Of a DNA stretch of 32,000 bases, positions 28,375-32,000 are shown one piece after another; position 1 is the first letter of the stretch; the number at the start of each line of letters is the position of its first letter. Under the pieces are notes generated by a model, which was not told the origin of the DNA, made no database searches, and saw nothing but the letters and a program-made list of their open reading frames with translations. Source of the DNA: Desulfotalea psychrophila LSv54 (GTDB lineage: Bacteria > Desulfobacterota > Desulfobulbia > Desulfobulbales > Desulfocapsaceae). The position numbers and the translations under genes are program-made. The DNA is taken from contig NC_006138.1 of the NCBI RefSeq assembly GCF_000025945.1, positions 360,001 to 392,000 on the forward strand, given 5' to 3'.

Positions 28375-29433
28375 TTAAATAACCGACATTTGCTCCAGCA
28401 GATCCCTGCCACTGGCAGTCAAACGATATTTTTGATTACGAGAACGGGGCGTTTGCGGAAATATCATCTCCACAACTCCTGCCTCCAATGCAGGTCGCAG
28501 ATAATTATAGAGAAATGTAGGACGATGCTTCAAGCCCAATCTCTTCATTAATTCTAAGGAGGGGCTGGTATCTGTGGCCACGGCCCGTACCAATATCTTC
28601 ACCTGTTCACCTATCTGAGATAAAACAGGTGCCCGAGGAGAAGAGGGTTCAGCTTCTGCCACTGCCGGCACCGGCTCTGGTGCCGGCAACTCAAAAAAGG
28701 GAGCAATCGACTTCAGCCCCACAAGAAGGGTGCGAAGAATAAATTCTATAAAGACCGTAGCCCGCCCTGAGTTCACTGCCTGCCAAAACCTCTCGTCATA
28801 CTCTGATTCAGCATCGAGAAGGAGAGCGGAGAGAGGCAAGAGAGCAAAGGTCTTACGCCACTTACTTAAGATAAGGATCTGCCATAACTGAGCGATATTA
28901 TGATTACCCTTACGAAATGCCTTCAAGCAGAGTAGCTCATAATGAATGAGGCAACTTGCCAGCAGTGGATGAATATCCACCCCCTTTAACCAGAGAAGCA
29001 GGGAACGCAGAGAGGCAAAGACCTCATCAATGGGAGAGGATATATCCATCATGGTACTACCCTCGGTCAACTTGTCGGGCACCCTCCCCTGCATCAACTG
29101 ATTATGAACAAAGAGGAGATCATTTTGCGAGGAAGGAGAAAGACCTAGAAAAGAATCATACATATTCACGGTACTGCAAAGAGTCTTAACCCCTTCAGGT
29201 AGCTCAGAAATATAATTCCCCTCCAAAATCGCGCCAACCTGCTCCAGGGTGAGGGAATTTTTCTCCACAGAGAGATAGGAGTGAACAAGTCTATCTCTAT
29301 TGGCAGTTTTAATTTCATCGACCACTACACTCTCTGGGATTTCGCCCATCAGGCCTATCTGTTCCGAAATGCTTGCAATAAGATCAATAATCACGGAAGA
29401 ATATTCAAAAGAGGGGCTATATACTGTTGCCAT
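28375..29433 (-). CDS. Fic-domain-like protein with degenerate active-site motif and C-terminal winged-helix region
   Basis: Fic framework: VEKNSLTLEQVGAILEG, SPIDEVFASLRSLLLWLKG, DIHPLLASCLIHYELLCLKAFRKGNHNIAQLWQILILSKW. The usual HPFxDGNGR is KAFRKGNHN. C-terminus YNYLRPALEAGVVEMIFPQTPRSRNQKYRLTASGRDLL. Confidence 0.75.
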   Translation of the reverse strand: MATVYSPSFEYSSVIIDLIASISEQIGLMGEIPESVVVDEIKTANRDRLVHSYLSVEKNSLTLEQVGAILEGNYISELPEGVKTLCSTVNMYDSFLGLSPSSQNDLLFVHNQLMQGRVPDKLTEGSTMMDISSPIDEVFASLRSLLLWLKGVDIHPLLASCLIHYELLCLKAFRKGNHNIAQLWQILILSKWRKTFALLPLSALLLDAESEYDERFWQAVNSGRATVFIEFILRTLLVGLKSIAPFFELPAPEPVPAVAEAEPSSPRAPVLSQIGEQVKILVRAVATDTSPSLELMKRLGLKHRPTFLYNYLRPALEAGVVEMIFPQTPRSRNQKYRLTASGRDLLEQMSVI

Positions 29434-29489
29434 ATTTTACAAAAACAAACACAGGTTTAAAAATCTAGACACATCTAGACATGGAAATA

Positions 29490-29681
29490 TCACAAAAAAC
29501 GGAGGACAAGATCGCAAGCCTCGGAAACCGGCTTCTCCACCACAGGACTAAGGCCCACTCCAAGCTGATCAAAACAGGCACCCTCAACACCCACCATCCA
29601 GGCAGCGACAGGTATTCGAACAAAATATAAGCTTTTGCAGACATGAAGGGCCTCTTGAGCACCGATAGCATGGCCACTCAC
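29490..29681 (-). pseudogene. Remnant of a hydrogenase maturation protease (HyaD/HycI family) C-terminus
   Basis: VSGHAIGAQEALHVCKSLYFVRIPVAAWMVGVEGACFDQLGVGLSPVVEKPVSEACDLVLRFL resembles the family tail (SxHxxG..E, VGVE, GxGLSPxV). The N-terminal GxGNPxxxDDGxG is absent; the upstream sequence is frameshifted around a G5 run near 29700. Confidence 0.5.
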
Positions 29682-29947
29682 AGGCCGGGCTACTCTCCGG
29701 GCCAGAGCCTGCCAATCAAGTAGGTATACAGTACCCGCCTCGGCACCCTAGCTGAACAGCGCCTCCATTATATAATTACAGGGACAACTGAATAAAACCA
29801 AGAAAACCATCTCTAAAACAAGCCATAGCCTAACGAATATTTCCATAGATAACAAGAAAAAACAAAAGATATGCTTCTCAAGAAGAGACCCGGCACGGAT
29901 CCTCAACTGACAGGTATTGACTCAATAGAAAAATCTGTAGGAAAAGA

Positions 29948-30307
29948 TCAACCACCCGCTAATTTAGCCTTATAGCCTGAGCTTAAAAGATAATCCAGGA
30001 GCAGGCTTCGATGATCTCCTTGAATTTCTATCACTCCCCCTTTAACGGTACCCCCGGAACCACATTTTTGTTTAAGCTGCTTGGCATATTTCTTTAGATC
30101 CGCCTCCACCAATGGCAGACCTGTAACAAGGGTCACCCCAGCGCCCTTACGACCTTTGCTCTGACGACTTACCCGCACGACACCATCAATGGCTATTACC
30201 GTTTTTCCCTGGCTACAGCGACAGGCCTTGACTGGATGACCACATTTAGGACAAACCTTACCAACTTCGGTGGAATAGACCAGGCCCTTATTTTTTACAT
30301 TTTTCAT
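29948..30307 (-). CDS. yciH: SUI1/eIF1-family translation factor (YciH-like)
   Basis: CPKCGHPVKACRC zinc-ribbon-like N-terminus followed by SRQSKGRKGAGVTLVTGLP...LKKYAKQLKQKCGSGGTVKGGVIEIQGDHRSLLLDYLLSSGYKAKLAGG. Confidence 0.93.
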   Translation of the reverse strand: MKNVKNKGLVYSTEVGKVCPKCGHPVKACRCSQGKTVIAIDGVVRVSRQSKGRKGAGVTLVTGLPLVEADLKKYAKQLKQKCGSGGTVKGGVIEIQGDHRSLLLDYLLSSGYKAKLAGG

Positions 30308-30660
30308 TGAGCACAGCCCCCTAGGGCAATTAATTTAGATAGAATTTTCACAACAGCCAACTAGCCCCGCAAGCAAGCTCATAACACTTCGATTTTTCCA
30401 AGCATTTCCAAACAATTTCACCAAAGCTACAAAATTTGCAAAAATGTTTTTACTTTTCCACAGAAAAAGTGAGACAATAGAAGTACCTCTTAAGTAGATG
30501 GGGGGGTAGTTACTGTTTTATGTCAATTGTTCTTGTTTCAAGGACGCACTCTGTTTCAGGACTGCAAATGGCAAGGAGCTGTCACACTAGATGTTAATAG
30601 CATCAGTAGGGCAGGTCTTTCCTCAAGTCCGGAGCACAAACTTTATTAAAGAGATTTATC

Positions 30661-30861
30661 ATGGCTGAAGGAACTGTGAAGTGGTTTAACGACGCTAAGG
30701 GTTTTGGTTTTATCGAGCAAGAAGGTGGAGATGACCTTTTCGTACATCACACCAGCATCAATGCTAGTGGCTTTAAAACCCTCGAAGAAGGTGCACGTGT
30801 AACTTTCGACATTGAACAAGGCCCCAAGGGTCCTGCTGCTGCGAATGTTACCGTTATCTAG
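30661..30861 (+). CDS. Cold-shock domain protein (CspA family)
   Basis: [66 protein letters not shown], with RNP1 and RNP2 motifs. Confidence 0.97.
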   Translation: MAEGTVKWFNDAKGFGFIEQEGGDDLFVHHTSINASGFKTLEEGARVTFDIEQGPKGPAAANVTVI

Positions 30862-30935
30862 TGTCGAAAACTTTTAGGCAGGTCAGGGATAACAGCGCGT
30901 GTAGAGGCTTGTCCTTAACCTGGTTAACCGTCAAG

Positions 30936-30968
30936 AAGGCCCCTTTGGAGTAACCAGAGGGGCCTTTT
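30936..30968 (+). terminator. Rho-independent terminator downstream of the cold-shock gene
   Basis: AAGGCCCCT...AGGGGCCTTTT: 9-bp GC-rich stem followed by TTTT. Confidence 0.85.
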
Positions 30969-31002
30969 GAGTCTCAAGATAAGGGGAGAGAACTCAACTT
31001 AT

Positions 31003-31377
31003 CTAGACAAGAGGCTCTGCCTGAAATGTCTTAGAGACAATAATCCACTGGCCATTGTTCTTAATAAGGGAGAGGTAATCTGTAAAGAGCTTATCCACAA
31101 TGACAAGGTTAACCTTAACCATTGCATAGTTTTTATTGATAAAATCAATTGTCAAAACGTTATCTTCACGAGCTACCCCAGCCTTTTTAGAAGAAACACG
31201 ACTGGCAATACGCCCCTTTAAGACCTCACGATCTGCAATAACTACCTCGCCATTATCAACAAAGGAGATATGAGCATCTTTGTGAAAAACCTTCTCCATG
31301 GTTTCAGCATCACCTTCATAAAGCATAACAAAATACGTCTCTAAAAAATCTAAAATTTCTCTAATCTCTGCCTGCAT
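31003..31377 (-). CDS. NTF2/SnoaL-like fold hypothetical protein
   Basis: IREILDFLETYFVMLYEGDAETMEKVFHKDAHISFVDNGEVVIADREVLKGRI...DNVLTIDFINKNYAMVKVNLVIVDKLFTDYLSLIKNNGQWIIVSKTF, the typical NTF2-like pattern. Confidence 0.75.
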   Translation of the reverse strand: MQAEIREILDFLETYFVMLYEGDAETMEKVFHKDAHISFVDNGEVVIADREVLKGRIASRVSSKKAGVAREDNVLTIDFINKNYAMVKVNLVIVDKLFTDYLSLIKNNGQWIIVSKTFQAEPLV

Positions 31378-32000
31378 ACGACCTCCTGTTAATTTTATTT
31401 CGCCGGTTATTAACCGGTCCGTTTTTCAGAAATGAAAAACGCCTCATATACTAATATATTAGTATATTTGGGTAATATTACAACAAAAAAACGGACTGCC
31501 CTCTATGTAACGATTTGATACATGGTGTAAAGACATTAGAGGCAGCGATAATGCCCCATCCCCTTCCAACCATCTCTGCCCATGGCAGGCCCTGGCCAGC
31601 TCCAAAATCCTCTTAATCCCCAAGGCAGCTCACTGCCCCAACGCCACACACAATACGGAAATACATCGTAAAACCTATGTCTTCTTTCAAGAAAATAACT
31701 CCTTATCAGTGAAATAGCACCTGCTCTCATTAAAGAGATAGATTACCTCCCAACAGGGATGAAGAAAAAGCCAATAGATATTTGACTTGATTAAGTAACT
31801 GTGTTTTAAATATATTTTTAGATATACTCCGTGCATGGGAATGCCCCCCCCCGGCAAGGAAAAATGTGTCCCGAAACAATCTTGAAGAGCTATGAAAGAC
31901 AATATCTCCAGAATTTTCCACACCTCGAAGCTAAGAAATATCTTCCTATTATGCTTTGCCATAGCAGCCCTACCGCCCGCCTACAACACATTCTTCCTAC

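Noticed and set aside
31403-31417. Palindrome CCGGTTATTAACCGG near the start of the NTF2-like gene as an operator or terminator.
   Set aside because: A single short palindrome with a tiny loop and no second copy or partner regulator; too weak to call.
1-32000. CRISPR array, transposase, integrase or phage genes.
   Set aside because: No regularly spaced direct repeats or mobile-element motifs were seen in reading the window. A computed repeat search would be needed to exclude them formally.

Overview
The gene content (Nrf nitrite reductase, MinD-family Fe-S ATPases, sigma-54 regulators, TRAP binding protein, Fic-like protein, tRNA-Sec) resembles a sulfate-reducing Desulfobacterota chromosome such as Desulfotalea. 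The organism is an inference only. Well-supported features: a tRNA-Sec; a sigma-54 activator beside a four-gene operon (divergent receiver, two ferredoxin-containing MinD-like ATPases, two NifX/NifB-like proteins); nrfHA; a ModF-like ABC ATPase; a tandem DUF1538 membrane pair with PII-like and CBS proteins; an aspartate ammonia-lyase with an N-terminal cyclic-nucleotide-binding-like domain next to a Dcu transporter; a second sigma-54 regulator; a DctP-like protein; YaaA; a large hybrid histidine kinase; a Fic-like protein lacking the catalytic motif; YciH/SUI1; and a cold-shock protein. There are also decaying-gene zones: response regulator and roadblock fragments at 1.08-1.76 kb, an ArsP-like permease at 22.7-23.4 kb, and a hydrogenase maturation protease tail at 29.5-29.7 kb. 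The strongest candidates for follow-up are (i) the sigma-54 promoter plus clustered GTCGCA sites wiring the regulator to the MinD/NifX operon, whose first gene is a pseudo-receiver, (ii) the DUF1538 pair/PII-like/CBS module, (iii) the cNMP-AspA fusion, and (iv) the degenerate Fic protein. No CRISPR array, transposase or obvious phage element was recognised.
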